Both the position numbers and the translations under genes were made by a program. A DNA stretch of 64,000 nucleotides from NCBI GenBank assembly GCA_051294375.1, contig CM119265.1, positions 5,200,355-5,264,354 of the forward strand, written 5' to 3'. Below, one piece after another: positions 1 to 13,453 of the stretch; positions within the stretch are counted from its first letter, which is position 1, and every line of letters starts with the position of its first letter. The notes under the pieces were generated by a model. The model saw only the letters and a program-made list of their open reading frames with translations, was not told the origin of the DNA and searched no databases. The stretch comes from Paraspadella gotoi (lineage: Eukaryota; Animalia; Chaetognatha).

Positions 1-674
1 GTTAATAAAGTTAAAATCTAACTATAAAATACCAGATCGAAAACAGATAAAAGGGAAGAAAGGCATGAAGCAATCGCGACGACGACNNNNNNNNNNACGA
101 CGACGACGCAACAACGACGGCCTTAAGGGGAGAGAAGGTTCTCTGGAGTGCTCGTCATATTAAGTTAGCCACTAATTCGGTTAAATATTTAAGCTTTTAT
201 TTTTTTTCATTTTTATATGGTGAAAAAAAAATCAGGCTTCCTTATCTTAACCGTGTCGGCGGCGGGAAGGGCCGTTGGTGCTATCGCTTTCAAAAGAGAA
301 ACTTTATAAAGAGATTAAGGGGAAAAGACCTTGACTCGAAAAAAGGTTTTTAAACCTAATTAAAGAAAATCGTCTTTGCTTAAGTTTTAAAAGGATTTTA
401 AAATTATCTCTCAGGTTTGCCTCGTCTTCTTCGTCTTTGTCGGCGACGTCGTTGTTGTCGTTGTTGTTGTGAATGGAGCGTCCCTGTCGTTGTCTTTGTG
501 ACATACATTTTATTGCGACTACCAAGGTTTCCGAACGGAATGACTCGGGAGTCGAGTAATAGCAAAAAATCTTTTACAATTTTTTCTTCTCATCTTTTTC
601 TCTTTTAGTAGGTACGTAGCTCCCTGGTATTCTCTCTCTCTCTCTCTCTCTCGTCTCTTCTCTTCTCTTCCTCA

Positions 675-711
<37 letters not shown>

Positions 712-906
712 TCTCTCTCTCTCTCTCTCTCCCCGGCTGTTCTCCCTAGTCGATATTCTCAAAAATCCTTTTTCTTTTTCGAAGCCAATCGTTTTCTTCC
801 TTTTTTTTAACTCCTTTTTTCCTTCTGAGGCTTCCATGTACTTATATTTGCTTCCAAGCGCATTTTTCCGCATCACCGCTCGCACTCTATGGAAGCATAT
901 CGCTGC

Positions 907-974
<68 letters not shown>

Positions 975-1135
975 TCTCTCTCTCTCTCTCTCTCTCTGTT
1001 TTCTAATCCTTTTTACGCGGCTTGGCATGAAAACGTTGTCGTTTCCCCTGTATCCATTTCAAAAACAGAAAACCATTTTTCCCCCCAAAGGCTCGGGTGA
1101 CTTCGGCGAAGACGAAGCGATGAGTTGGCGATTGG

Positions 1136-1204
1136 AAGATGGCAAAACAAAGATGGCGAATGGAAGATGGCAAAAAACAAAAATGGCGGCGAAAAAATGG
1201 CGCC
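1136..1204. promoter_or_regulatory. Cluster of five YY1/Pho-like AA(A/G)ATGGC motifs beside GA-repeat tracts
   Basis: aagatggca, aagatggcg, aagatggca, aaaatggcggc and aaaatggcgcc within 70 bp; function not demonstrated. Confidence 0.35.
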
Positions 1205-3321
1205 CGGAAAGACGAGCTCAGAGAAATGGAAAATGGTAATCTAAGGAAAGGAAAAGTTATGATTGCTTTTTTGGATTTGAAGATACTTTTTTGCTTTGTT
1301 TTAAAATTGCTTTCACCTGATTGCGTTTTAACTCTCCGTACATTTTTGCTTCTTTAAGATTATAAACTATTTACTGAGTTAAAGTTTAATTTAGCCATCA
1401 TTTCTGTGTTTCTTTCGTCGTATTTGCAACCGTGGCGTTCTGTGACTGGTCAAGATTTTACGTTATCCGACCGAAAAATTCTATGGTCATTGGTCAGGCT
1501 CTCCTTCAATAAACTTTGTTTATTTCTCCCTTTTGACATACAAAATAAACCTAGATTTAAAAAAACATTCAATGCAATTACTTTTAGGTAAAATATTTAA
1601 GTAATATGCTTAAATCTATCTCTCAGAGTTAGGTCAGCGACAGAAATGAAGCAAATTTTTTCCATTTTAATCGCCGTTTCCCTCTAGCCCTGCTCTCGAC
1701 TCCATCCAAAGTAATTTTTTCTATCGTCTATGTCGTCTATGTCGTCGTCGTCATCGTTGTAGTCGCACCGCGCCCCATTGTCGTTTCCGTTATCGTTCGT
1801 AGGAGATGACGTCGATAAAAGTTGGCGCAGATTTTTTTAAACCTCTTTTTTTTTGTGGCGCCGCACAACCTACGGTCACCGGCGCCGTTTTTTTTTTTTC
1901 ATTTCTTATAAAATATCATAATGAAATAATAATAAAAAAAACACCTTTTTTTAAAAGTTTATCAGCATTAGTATGAAAGGCCTGTCCGTAGATGACTCCT
2001 ACGCTACCGCAATCTTGATTTACTCTTTACTCTGACTCACCACATCAATCTTAACTCAAACCAGTTTTCTTTTTTTTCAATTATCTCTCGCAAATTATCA
2101 TATGCCTCCCTCTCTTTCGATCTCCTGCGCTCCCTCAATCCCAAAGACCCTTCTCCCCCCCCCAACTCCCCGTCCGTATTTCAGTCTGTGACCCGTTAAC
2201 CCTCTTCGTCTCAATCTAAAAAAAAGTTTTCTTCAACAACGACGACGACGACGACGACGACGTCGCGATCTCGAATGCGAGAGAAGGTCGAGAAGGAAGG
2301 AGTAAGGGGTTGTGGGTAAGTGACCAAGGGTCATGTCGAGAGTCAAGCGTGATGGTAAGGGGAGAGGGGTCATAGTAAGGGCAGGAGATTTCGCCGAAAC
2401 AAGTTCTGTTTCGATGCTTTGTTCGTTGAATAGTTAAAGTGGAGGATTTTATAGAAACATACGTACATGAATACTATCTTTTGATGACAAATTTATGTTA
2501 AAAATAATTATAAATGCCGTTTTGCAGTTCTGTAGTACTAGATTAAATTGAAAATAAGAAAAGTTAAAGTGAACATTTTGAAGTTTGTTTATGTATTACT
2601 AAAGCGAATAATGGAAAAGCCGAGCGAGGATTTTCTTGGAAGGTTTTATGACGTCTTGCCAATCATTGCTCGAGTTTGGGTCGAAGGACCGAGAAAGTGG
2701 ACTTAGATGAACTGAGTATGTAAACAAAGAAGCTTGATTGAGTATTAAGTTAAAGTGGATGTAAAAGTTTAAAAGTTTAAAAGACTTGATAAGTGTCGCT
2801 GAATGTTAAAATAATGTAATGGCAGAAAACAAACCAGCTATCTCGCTCTCCTTTCCACCCAAAGACACTTTTCGATTAAGTATCGGTCAACGAAACACAT
2901 TATCGATTCGAAATATCTAAGGCGTCGCTTCATCTAGGAAATTGAAAGAAAAGATCGAGATAGATATCGAAGAGAAGAGACGAACGACTTGTCCCAGATT
3001 ATTTTGCGTCTCCTCGAGCGCGACTCGTTTTAAATTCTCCTCCACAGACTCCATTTTCATTTTTTTATCGCATTTTTTCTCATTTTTTTTTTTAGCCTCG
3101 ACATTTTAACCCTCGTTGTTCTTTTATTTTTGGGGGCTCTTTACGTTATTTTTTATTCTTAGCTGGTCATTGCCTCCTATTTACTAAGAGCATAGTGGGT
3201 ATGTATGTTTGTATTTTTGAATCGCACGCCCCTTTTTATCTCTCTGTAATCATCAATATTTTTTGTCTATCCAGATTTTTTCCAATAATTGATCGATTGT
3301 TATTTATGTACATGCGTGTGT

Positions 3322-3356
<35 letters not shown>

Positions 3357-6022
3357 CTTTTTTCTTTTTTCTTTCTTTTCTTTCTTTTTTTTTGTTCTGT
3401 TCTTGCTTTTCTTTCTTTTCGTCTATTTCTTTATTTATGTCTTTCTTCTCTTTCTTGTCTTTCTCTGTTTTTCTATCCTTTCTTTCTTCTTTTTGTCTTC
3501 TCTTTATTCTTTATTTATGCTTTTGTTTCCTTTTTTCTTGCTTTCTTTCTTCTCCTTTCTTTCTTTTTCTTTCTTATCTTTCTTTTCTTTCTTTTCTTTT
3601 CTTTCCCNNNNNNNNNNNNNNNNNNNNNNNNNTCTTTCTTTCTTTCTCTTTGTTTTTCCTCCTCGCTGACAGGGGATTCGGCGCTAAACCTGTCAAGAAA
3701 CGTCAAGAGGCAGTGATTTCACCAAAACTGTTTTTTTTCTTTTTGAGAATCCAAACAGAAAAAAAAGAAATAAAAAGAAAAAAAAACGGCCCAAAAAGGG
3801 ATAAAAAAAGACGCGAAATGTTTTGTTTTGACGAGATAAAACATGAAACAAAAAAACAAGAAACCCTGAGGCGATGCGTTTGCGGTCGAGCGGAACAAGA
3901 AAAAAAAAACACGATATTAATAGCTGAAAAAAAACTTATCTTTTTCCGAAGAAGATGAAACGTTAAACTGTCAGACTAATAATCTAAAAACTAAACCATA
4001 CCCAACACCGATGAACCAATCGCCCAATGACAAACAAAAAACAGAAAATAGAATGAAATTTCCTTTCAAAAGAGAGAAAGAAAAAAGAATCAAACCAAAT
4101 AATTTTTTTGGGGGAATTTTTTATTTTCTTTTTTTTTCCGGTTTTGCTTTTCCAAACTTTTTCCTTCATTTCGTGTTTTTCTTTTCGCTGTTTAAGATTC
4201 GATTCCACTGCGGTTTGNNNNNNNNNNNNNNNNNNNNNNNNNNNNNNNNNNNNNNNNNNNNNNNNNNNNNNNNNNNNNNNNNNNNNNNNNNNNNNNNNNN
4301 NNNNNNNNNNNNNNNNNNNNNNNNNNNNNNNNNNNNNNNNNNNNNNNNNNNNNNNNNNNNNNNNNNNNNNNNNNNNNNNNNNNNNNNNNNNNNNNNNNNN
4401 NNNNNNNNNNNNNNNNNNNNNNNNNNNNNNNNNNNNNNNNNNNNNNNNNNNNNNNNNNNNNNNNNNNNNNNNNNNNNNNNNNNNNNNNNNNNNNNNNNNN
4501 NNNNNNNNNNNNNNNNNNNNNNNNNNNNNNNNNNNNNNNNNNNNNNNNNNNNNNNNNNNNNNNNNNNNNNNNNNNNNNNNNNNNNNNNAAGAAACCTTTA
4601 ATCCCCGATTCGTCAACTCAGCAATAAAAGAAACCGAAGGAAGCTGAGGAGGTGAAGGAAGAGAATGCGAGGAAAAAGGAAAAGGGAGGAAAGGGAGGAA
4701 AGAAAAGAAGGAGGAGACAAATCAAACCTGGAAGAAGCTTAAGCCTTGAATCGATTCCGAGTTCCGCTGTGGAGGAAATGGATCGATGCTGGCTGAGCTA
4801 TAGGATGGTTGCTGGGGTGAGGTTGATGGGGTAAGATTGATGGAGTGAGGTTGATGGAGTAGGTGAGGATTGGAGTCATTTTAGAATTAACTTTTACGAG
4901 GAAACTGGAAGACAGAGTTAAAGATATTAAAATTCAAGAATTTAAATTAATTCAGACGGAACATTAAATTTCGAATATTGAGGAGTGACAACAGAAAAAA
5001 GCGTAGGTTAAATAAATAAGCTGCTTCACTGGCTACATCTTCGCTCATAATTCTTGTAAAAACTTTAGTTCTCTCATTGATTGCAGCAATAAATCACGAA
5101 AAGAAAGAGACCGAGGCCAATAATCCACTCGATAATTTTCAAAGTAAGAAATCGACTGAGGAAAATAATTCCATTTCCCATTAACAACCTTTTCCGTCTC
5201 TCCGTTTTCCCGGATTGCCCAATTTCTCTGTCCACAATCGTTTGTGTCCAAAACGGCTACATTATTGTAACGTGGTTNNNNNNNNNNNNNNNNNNNNNNN
5301 NNNNNNNNNNNNNNNNNNNNNNNNNNNNNNNNNNNNNNNNNNNNNNNNNNNNNNNNNNNNNNNNNNNNNNNNNNNNNNNNNNNNNNNNNNNNNNNNNNNN
5401 NNNNNNNNNNNNNNNNNNNNNNNNNNNNNNNNNNNNNNNNNNNNNNNNNNNNNNNNNNNNNNNNNNNNNNNNNNNNNNNNNNNNNNNNNNNNNNNNNNNN
5501 NNNNNNNNNNNNNNNNNNNNNNNNNNNNNNNNNNTTTGGAGGAAGAAAAAAAGGTAAGTTTAGGCGAGGTAAGGCTCCACCTTCGACCAGCGGCGGCCGG
5601 TCGGCCCCCGGGAAATCTAGAGGCACGCAATGGAGGAATTCAAATCAATTCCTCCCCCTGGTGAGTTTTTAGTGAAAGAGAAAAAAAAAGGGAGGCTGGA
5701 GGGAAAAAGAAGGAAGGGAGAAAAAAAAGAAAGAAGGAAAAATGAAAGGAAATACGGAGAGAAGGAGAAGGCGAAAGAAAAAAAGGGAAACTCATGGAGG
5801 AACAAAGAAAGATTGCGAGAAACAAAGAAACAATGAAAGTAAGAAACAAAAAGATGAAAATAGAAATAAACAGCAAAGAAACAAAGGGGATAAAAAAGAA
5901 AGAAAAAATTTAAAACCGAATGAACCGGGAAAAATATAAAAAGAAAGAAAAAAAATCCTTCTCTTTTAAGCCGGAACAAAACAGTGAAGCCTGGGGGGCA
6001 TCGAAGCTAATAGAATCACCGC

Positions 6023-6054
<32 letters not shown>

Positions 6055-6743
6055 NNNNNNNNNNNNNNNNNNNNNNNNNNNNNNNNNNNNNNNNNNNNNN
6101 NNNNNNNNNNNNNNNNNNNNNNNNNNNNNNNNNNNNNNNNNNNNNNNNNNNNNNNNNNNNNNNNNNNNNNNNNNNNNNNNNNNNNNNNNNNNNNNNNNNN
6201 NNNNNNNNNNNNNNNNNNNNNNNNNNNNNNNNNNNNNNNNNNNNNNNNNNNNAATATAAAGAGACGGCGGTGGAGGAATTTTAATCGAGGTCTTAGGGAA
6301 GGGAGGCTGGGGGGACGAGGGGTGTGGCTATCGCAGTGGCAGGAGGTTTGGTAGGGAGTGGCAAGGGTTGCGGTTGAAAAGTTAGGGTTAAGAGTGTCAC
6401 CTCAGACTTTGGAAGTTCATTGCCGCAATGAGTCTTCGTCGTATTAAACCCGGGGTTTCGTCCGCGTTAGATGCGNNNNNNNNNNNNNNNNNNNNNNNNN
6501 NNNNNNNNNNNNNNNNNNNNNNNNNNNNNNNNNNNNNNNNNNNNNNNNNNNNNNNNNNNNNNNNNNNNNNNNNNNNNNNNNNNNNNNNNNNNNNNNNNNN
6601 NNNNNNNNNNNNNNNNNNNNNNNNNNNNNNNNNNNNNNNNNNNNNNNNNNNNNNNNNNNNNNNNNNNNNNNNNNNNNNNNNNNNNNNNNNNNNNNNNNNN
6701 NNNNNNNNNNNNNNNNNNNNNNNNNNNNNNNNNNNNNNNNNNN

Positions 6744-6780
<37 letters not shown>

Positions 6781-7191
6781 AGTTTCTCTTTCTTTTTTAC
6801 TCATTACCTTTCCTTCTTTCATTCTTTCTTTATTTTTTTTCTTTTTCATCCATCCTTTCTTTCTTTCTGTCTTTCTTTCCTAGTCTAAAAAAAAGAAGAA
6901 GTAAACAAACTTTTCTCCAAATGCCCCTCGATTTAAAGATTCGTGGGTGGGAGGAAGAAAAGTAATGGGCGATGGAAATTCGACGGTGAAGCGAGTCGCT
7001 CGTCGTTGGCGAATATTTCATTTCATCGCTCGAGGAGAATAAAAAGGGGGAGTAAGGGGGTGACACATTGAGGGTGGGCGAGGGTCGGAGGTATGAAGGT
7101 CACGTGATTCCGACTCAGGTGGAGATGCCATTAGCGACTCGGATTCGGGAAAAAAAAAGGGAAAATCGATTAATTGCCGCATTCAAGTTTT

Positions 7192-7225
<34 letters not shown>

Positions 7226-7729
7226 CGTCATCGGAGAAAATCTAGGATCTGGAAACGAAAGAAAGAGAGAGAGAAAGAAAAAAAATCAGCAAAAGAAGAA
7301 ACAACTAGTATAAAAGAAATAAGTAATTAAGAAAGAAAAGGGAAAAAAAAAGAAAGAATCGAGAAAGAGAAACTGACAACCCTTCCGAGCGAACGAGGCC
7401 GTCCGGCGACCATTAAGCAATGCACGCGAAAAACATTGTGTGCAAAACGAAGAAAACAAATAGTTTAATGTCATCTTTTTTTTATTTTTCTCTTTCGTCT
7501 TTTGTTTTGCGATTTCTTTTGATTTCTCCGTTTCTTCGTTTCTCCCTCTCCTTCTCTCCTCCGAACAGACGCCAGATTCTTTCGCTCGTAAACTTTCTTT
7601 TGTTTCTCCGATGCTCTTTTGTTGTTTGCCGAGTTGCGTTTTTTTCGCCGCCGCGTGGCGTCGCGGATTTCTTGTTTAATGGCTAATGAAAACTAATAGG
7701 AGCAGACTCCGATAAAAGGGACAGAGGGA

Positions 7730-7848
<119 letters not shown>

Positions 7849-8895
7849 TCTGCGTGTTTTGTGTGTGAAGTGATTTTCATTTAGTAGCAGATTGTCGAAA
7901 AGGAGGAAACGCGCGCTGTCTCTCCCTCGCCGGCTTTCGACGTCTGGTCGCCATGCCAACACAATGATGGATGAATCGCCTCATTATCAATTCGAGTCCT
8001 TTAATCCCGTCCTCTTTTTTCTTGTTCCCAATCTCTCGCTCGCTCTCTCTCTCTTTTTTTCTCTTTCTCTTCCTCATTCTCTTCTTTTCTCTCGCCATTT
8101 CGTCTCCTTCACCATTTCTCAAATTATTCTCGTAACCTTTCTGAAGTCTTTTGTTTGGCGATCACGGTTTTTCTTTCCGAAATCCAGAAATTTTTGGAGA
8201 TTTCTGTCTTATTTTATTTACTTAAAAAATGCGACTCGGGGATTGGCAGCTTTCGTAGCATCAGCTTCAAAACCCGCAGCGCAGCAGAGCCGCAGTGCTG
8301 CAGTGGTCGCCGTTTGCCTGACAGAGTCACTGTCAAAGTCATCAATCATCGTCTCGGTTCCGACGAAGTTGCGTCGCCCGAGAGTGGCGCCATCGTTGGG
8401 TGGAATCCGATGCACGACCGTGAATAAATTCGATGCTTTGGTGTCATGAAAGATCACGACGAGGGAAGCGCTTAGTCGGAACGAAGAAGCGGACATTATC
8501 GGAATTTAAAGCGGACTTTAGCGGAATTGAGAAGCGGAAATGAAGAGAATTCCATTTCAGGCTTCGATGGAATTCCGCATTGAACTTTCAAAGAAGTAGA
8601 AAGACGAATTCAATTTTTAAAAAAATGATTTATTAATTGTTGCGAGGATTTTCATTGTACTTCTTATCCTGATTGCACAAAGATATACTTCTGAGTTCTG
8701 ACTTTATGATGTTCTTCTTAACCTAAGAGTTTGGTCCTTTGTCGGAAAATCTGTAAAATCTTTTATTGGACGTCATGACTTTTCTTGACTGATAATGGCG
8801 ACTAGAGAATAGTGGCAACCTCTCTTGGCGCCTTTGCGTCTTAATCCAAGGATTCGATAAAGTGGAGAGAGAGGAGAAGAGAGAGAGAGAGAGAG

Positions 8896-8939
<44 letters not shown>

Positions 8940-9734
8940 GAGAGAAGAGAGAGAGAGAGAGAAGAGAAGAGAAGGAGAGGAAAAACAGCGTCTCCTTAGG
9001 CCGCCTTTCGACGAGGTCTCATCTGGTGATTCAAACCTCTCGGAATCCGTAATACTCACTTATCGCTCATATTTTCACCACATCACTTACCACACACACC
9101 TTTTTTTTTTTTCCCTTTTTCCCCTTTCTCCAGTTCCTCTTTTTCTTTCTTCTTCTTTCTTTTTTTTTTCACTTTGACCGAGTTATCTCGTTTTCGTCTC
9201 TCGTTCGTTAAGTCGCTAAGGTAATAAAAACTGTTCGTTATCGGCCGTCGTTGCTCTTCCGTCGTCGTCGTCGTCTTCGTCGTCGTCTTCGTCGTCGTTG
9301 TTATCGTCATCGTCTCTTAAACTTAAATCTATCGTTTATATTGTCATTACTTTTTCAGTCTTTTTTTTTCTTAAATAAGAAGATGCGGAATTTACAGCAT
9401 TTATCTTGACCCAATACCGTGTGATATCACCTCAGTTTCGGAAAGCAAATTTTCTCTAATTTTCGGCGCGGGATCTTTTGTCGCCGCGACAAAAGATGGC
9501 GGATGAAAGAGTGATGAGCGTCCGACTGTTGGGCCAACGCGAGAGGAGAGAGGTCAGGAATGTAGGGTGATGGCTGAGAGAGGAGATGGCGAGACGAAGC
9601 ATGTGTGTGAGTAAAAGGGAGAAAGTTGAAAGAAAAATCTGAGAAAGTGGCTGCTTCGTAAATGGCAACGAGTGTCGGTTATAATACGCAGGTTGCACAG
9701 GGTCGATGAGGAGTTTGAAAAAATAAAGAGGTTG

Positions 9735-9938
9735 GGGTATGGCAAATGGGGGACATGAGCGATAACCAGGGTGTAAGGATTCTCCCGATCAGCTTGTGTT
9801 CAAGGGGCTAGTCACTGGCGTGTTTATGCGACAATCATCACACTTACCAGCGTGACCTGTGAGGGGATTGAACCCGGAACTAGCTGTTGGTGAACGAGTA
9901 CGTAGCTGTCCAAACCAAATGGGACGAGTTTCACCAAA
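9735..9938 (-). mobile_element. tRNA-derived SINE-like element (duplicate of 11594-11794)
   Basis: Minus strand has a D-arm-like GTCC...TGGTTT-GGAC and the B-box CCGGGTTCAATCCCC; the body is homologous to the 57124-57408 element. Confidence 0.65.
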
Positions 9939-10309
9939 ACTATAGGGAGGCGAATTTTATGAAAAATTCGCCACAGGGCTTAATAGATCGCATATTTTTG
10001 TGGTGGTCGGGGCGGGGGTGAGTAGTTGAGGGAACACGTTGTGGCCAGTCGCGAAAAAACCGGCGATTGAATAAATCATTATTAAATAAAAAATGGTTAA
10101 TCAAAATAAAAGAGAAATAAAAGAAGTGAATATTTAATTTCCTCAAACGACGACAACGGGAGAAACTAACACGAAAACTCGAGACCAATACCGGAACCCA
10201 ATCACGAACCACACCAACTAGAACTTTTAATGATTTGTTATGATAATTATTTAATTTATTTAATGAAAATTGACATAACTGCAACGACTGGTGGACCCTC
10301 AACTCTGAC

Positions 10310-10425
10310 CTGGAATGTTTAGCGCCCGGACGCTGTGAGGGTCGTAGGGGAAGAGGCCGTCAGGTGCGGAGCAGGAATCTCGCCGCGCTTTCTCGTCATT
10401 CCCAGGGGACTAGGCGGCTACCGCC
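10310..10425 (-). pseudogene. Frameshifted duplicate of the DDR discoidin exon (probably an assembly artefact)
   Basis: Same acceptor (ctcctccacag) and CAG|GTCAG donor as 12149-12254, but 116 nt with scattered small indels. It lies inside the 8975-10690 duplicate next to a 25-N gap. Confidence 0.75.
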
Positions 10426-11593
10426 CTGTGGAGGAGGAAATAAAGTTGGTAGTTAAATATAAACGGGAAATTAGCTGGTTTTTTAATAGTATCAGGAATC
10501 GGGCATTCGGAATTAACAAGGTGGTTAGAATTAAAAATTCTTTATGATTTATATTTTAAATATTAAAATTATTCTTAATTTATAATCCTGTTAAATTATT
10601 TTCACACACGATAATAATGCGAGCTGTCCACGTCATAAAATTTTTAGGACTCCGGTTGTCGTCCATTGTGTCAGAGATCGTCCCTGCAAAATAGTTGTGT
10701 CAGAGGCAACATTTTTTTTAAAAGGTCACCGAATTCGAAAACGAAAACAGAAGAAACCGAAATAATTCGGAGAGAGAGAGCAGAGAATACGATAAATCTG
10801 TCAATCAACGGATTCGAAAGAAAGTCAACCGGGCTGCTGCCGCGACGNNNNNNNNNNNNNNNNNNNNNNNNNGAGAGGAAAAACAAGCGTCTCCTTAGCC
10901 GCCTTTCGACGAGGTCTCATCTGGTGTTCAAACCTCTCGGAATCCGTAATCTCACTTTCGCTCATATTTCACTTTTTTCCTTTTCCTTTCTTCTTTCTTT
11001 CTTTTTTCTTTTTTCCTTTTGACCGAGTTATCTCGTTTCTCGTCTCTCTCGTTCGTTAAGTCGCTGAGGTAAATAAAAACTGTCGTTATCGTCGTCGTTG
11101 TCTTCGTCGTCGTTGTCGTCGTCGTCTTCGTCGTTGTTATCGTCATCGTCTCTTTTAAACTTAAATCTATCGCTTTATATTTTCTCAACTTTTTCGTCTT
11201 TTTTTTTCTTAAATAAAGAAGCCATGCGCGAATCTTACACGCATTTTATCTTGACACGCAATACACGTGTGAATCTCAACTCTCAGTCTCTTCGGAATAA
11301 GCGAATTTTCTCCCTAATTTTCGCGCGGATCTTTTGTCGCCGCGACAAAAAGATGGCGCCGATGGAAAGAGGGATGAGGCGCCGACGTTGGCGCCAACGC
11401 GAGAGGAGAGAAGGTCAGGAATGTAGGGTGAGGCTGAGAGGAGGAGGATGGCGAGACGAAGATGTGATGTGACGTGAAAAGGGAGAAATTGAAAGAAAAA
11501 TCTGAGAAAGGGCTGCTTCGTAAATGGCACGAGTGTCGGTATAATACGCAGGTTGGCAGGGTCGATGAGGAGTTGGAAAAAAATAAAGAGTGG

Positions 11594-11794
11594 GGTATGG
11601 CAATGGGGGGGACATGAGCGATACCAGGGGTGTAAGGCATCTCCCGACAGCTTGTGTTCAGGGCTATGTCACTGGCGTGTTTATGCCGACATCATCACAC
11701 TTTAACCAGCGTGACCGTGAGGGGATTGAACCCGGAACTAGCTGTTGGTGAACGAGTACTAGCTGTCCAAACCAATGGGACGAGTTTCACCAAA
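11594..11794 (-). mobile_element. tRNA-derived SINE-like element in a DDR intron
   Basis: D-arm-like GTCC-CATTGGTTT-GGAC, B-box GGTTCAATCC, body ctggttaaagtgtgatg...cgccagtgac and 3' hairpins; shares blocks with 57124-57408. No clear TSD. Confidence 0.65.
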
Positions 11795-12148
11795 CTATAG
11801 GGGAGGCGATTTTATGATTCGCCACAGGGGCTTATAATCGATATTTTTTGTGGTGGTCGGGGGCGGGGGTGAGTAGTGAAGGGAACACGTTGTGGCCAGT
11901 CGCGAAACGGCGATTGATAAATCATTTTAAATAAAATGGTAATCAAAATAAAAAGAGAATAAAAGAAGTAATTTTAATTTCTCAAACGACGACCACAAAC
12001 GGGAGAAACAATAACAACGAAAACTCGAACCAATCACGAACCCAATCACGAACCAACCACTAGAACTTTTAATGATTTTTATGATATTATTTAATTTATT
12101 TAAATGAAAAATTGACATACTGCAAACGACTGGTGACCCTCAACTGAC

Positions 12149-12254
12149 CTGGAATGTTTAGCGCCGACGCTGTGAGGGTCGTAGGTGGAAGAGGCCGTCA
12201 GGGCGGAGTCGGGAATCTCCCCGCTCTCCATTCCCAGGGGAAGGCGGCACCGCC
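12149..12254 (-). CDS. Ddr: Discoidin (F5/8 type C) domain N-terminal exon of a discoidin domain receptor (collagen-receptor tyrosine kinase family)
   Basis: Acceptor cttttttctctcctccacag| and donor CAG|GTCAGT. The 106 nt translate as (G)RCRLPLGMESGEIPDSALTASSTYDPHSVGAKHS(R), matching the CxxxLGMxxGxIPDxxITASS...R start of DDR discoidin domains. The phase 1/phase 2 boundaries agree with my recollection of the equivalent vertebrate DDR1/2 exon. Other discoidin-first proteins cannot be fully excluded. Confidence 0.88.
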
Positions 12255-13272
12255 CTGTGGAGGAGAGAAAAAAGTTTGGTAGTTAAATATAAACGGGAAA
12301 TTAGCTGGTTTTAATCAGTATTCAGGCATTCGGGCATTCGGATTAACAGGTTAGAATTAAAATCTTTAGTGATTTATATTTAATATTATTTATTCTTATT
12401 TATATCCTGTTAAAAATATTTTCACCACGATAATAATGCGAGCTCACGCCATAAAAAATTTTTAGGCCTCGGTTTTCGAGATGTCTGCAAAATCTTTCNN
12501 NNNNNNNNNNNNNNNNNNNNNNNNNNNNNNNNNNNNNNNNNNNNNNNNNNNNNNNNNNNNNNNNNNNNNNNNNNNNNNNNNNNNNNNNNNNNNNNNNNNN
12601 NNNNNNNNNNNNNNNNNNNNNNNNNNNNNNNNNNNNNNNNNNNNNNNNNNNNNNNNNNNNNNNNNNNNNNNNNNNNNNNNNNNNNNNNNNNNNNNNNNNN
12701 NNNNNNNNNNNNNNNNNNNNNNNNNNNNNNNNNNNNNNNNNNNNNNNNNNNNNNNNNNNNNNNNNNNNNNNNNNNNNNNNNNNNNNNNNNNNNNNNNNNN
12801 NNNNNNNNNNNNNNNNNNNNNNNNNNNNNNNNNNNNNNNNNNNACAAAAAAGAATTTTTTTTTCATTTTTTTTCTTTTATCAATTTCCCATGATTTTCTA
12901 TTCTTTTTTTCTCATCGAAAGAAGCCGCTTCTCTTTTCTCTCTTGATCGNNNNNNNNNNNNNNNNNNNNNNNNNNNNNNNNNNNNNNNNNNNNNNNNNNN
13001 NNNNNNNNNNNNNNNNNNNNNNNNNNNNNNNNNNNNNNNNNNNNNNNNNNNNNNNNNNNNNNNNNNNNNNNNNNNNNNNNNNNNNNNNNNNNNNNNNNNN
13101 NNNNNNNNNNNNNNNNNNNNNNNNNNNNNNNNNNNNNNNNNNNNNNNNNNNNNNNNNNNNNNNNNTTCCTCTATATTGTTCTCTCTTTTCCCTTTTGTTA
13201 TTTCTTATTCCCTTTCTTATCTCGCGCGTCACAAGAAATTCAATCGTCAAGATCGAGGAGCGTCTTACATCT

Positions 13273-13307
<35 letters not shown>

Positions 13308-13415
13308 TTTATCTCCATAAGTGTCATCCGACTTTTTCGCGTTTGTCGTTTTCATCGACATCATAGTTCACACATCACTTTGGTCGTCGTTGTCTTCGTC
13401 ATTGACTTCTTTGGG

Positions 13416-13453
<38 letters not shown>

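Larger units (their letters stand above)
8975..12498. repeat. Direct tandem duplication of ~1.65 kb (8975-10690 vs 10873-12498) separated by a 25-N gap
   Basis: Colinear throughout: both copies start gagaggaaaaaca(a)gcgtctcc and both contain the SINE and the DDR exon. Differences are mostly 1-2 nt indels. Confidence 0.95.

Noticed and set aside
8218-8496. 92-aa minus-strand ORF considered as the next DDR exon
   Set aside because: No GGAWCP or other discoidin motif in the frames I read; weak splice signals.
11740-11795. GTCC...GGAC stem with GAAAC on the opposite strand, suggestive of a hammerhead ribozyme
   Set aside because: No CUGAnGA core in the right order on either strand; better explained as the tRNA D-arm of a SINE head.
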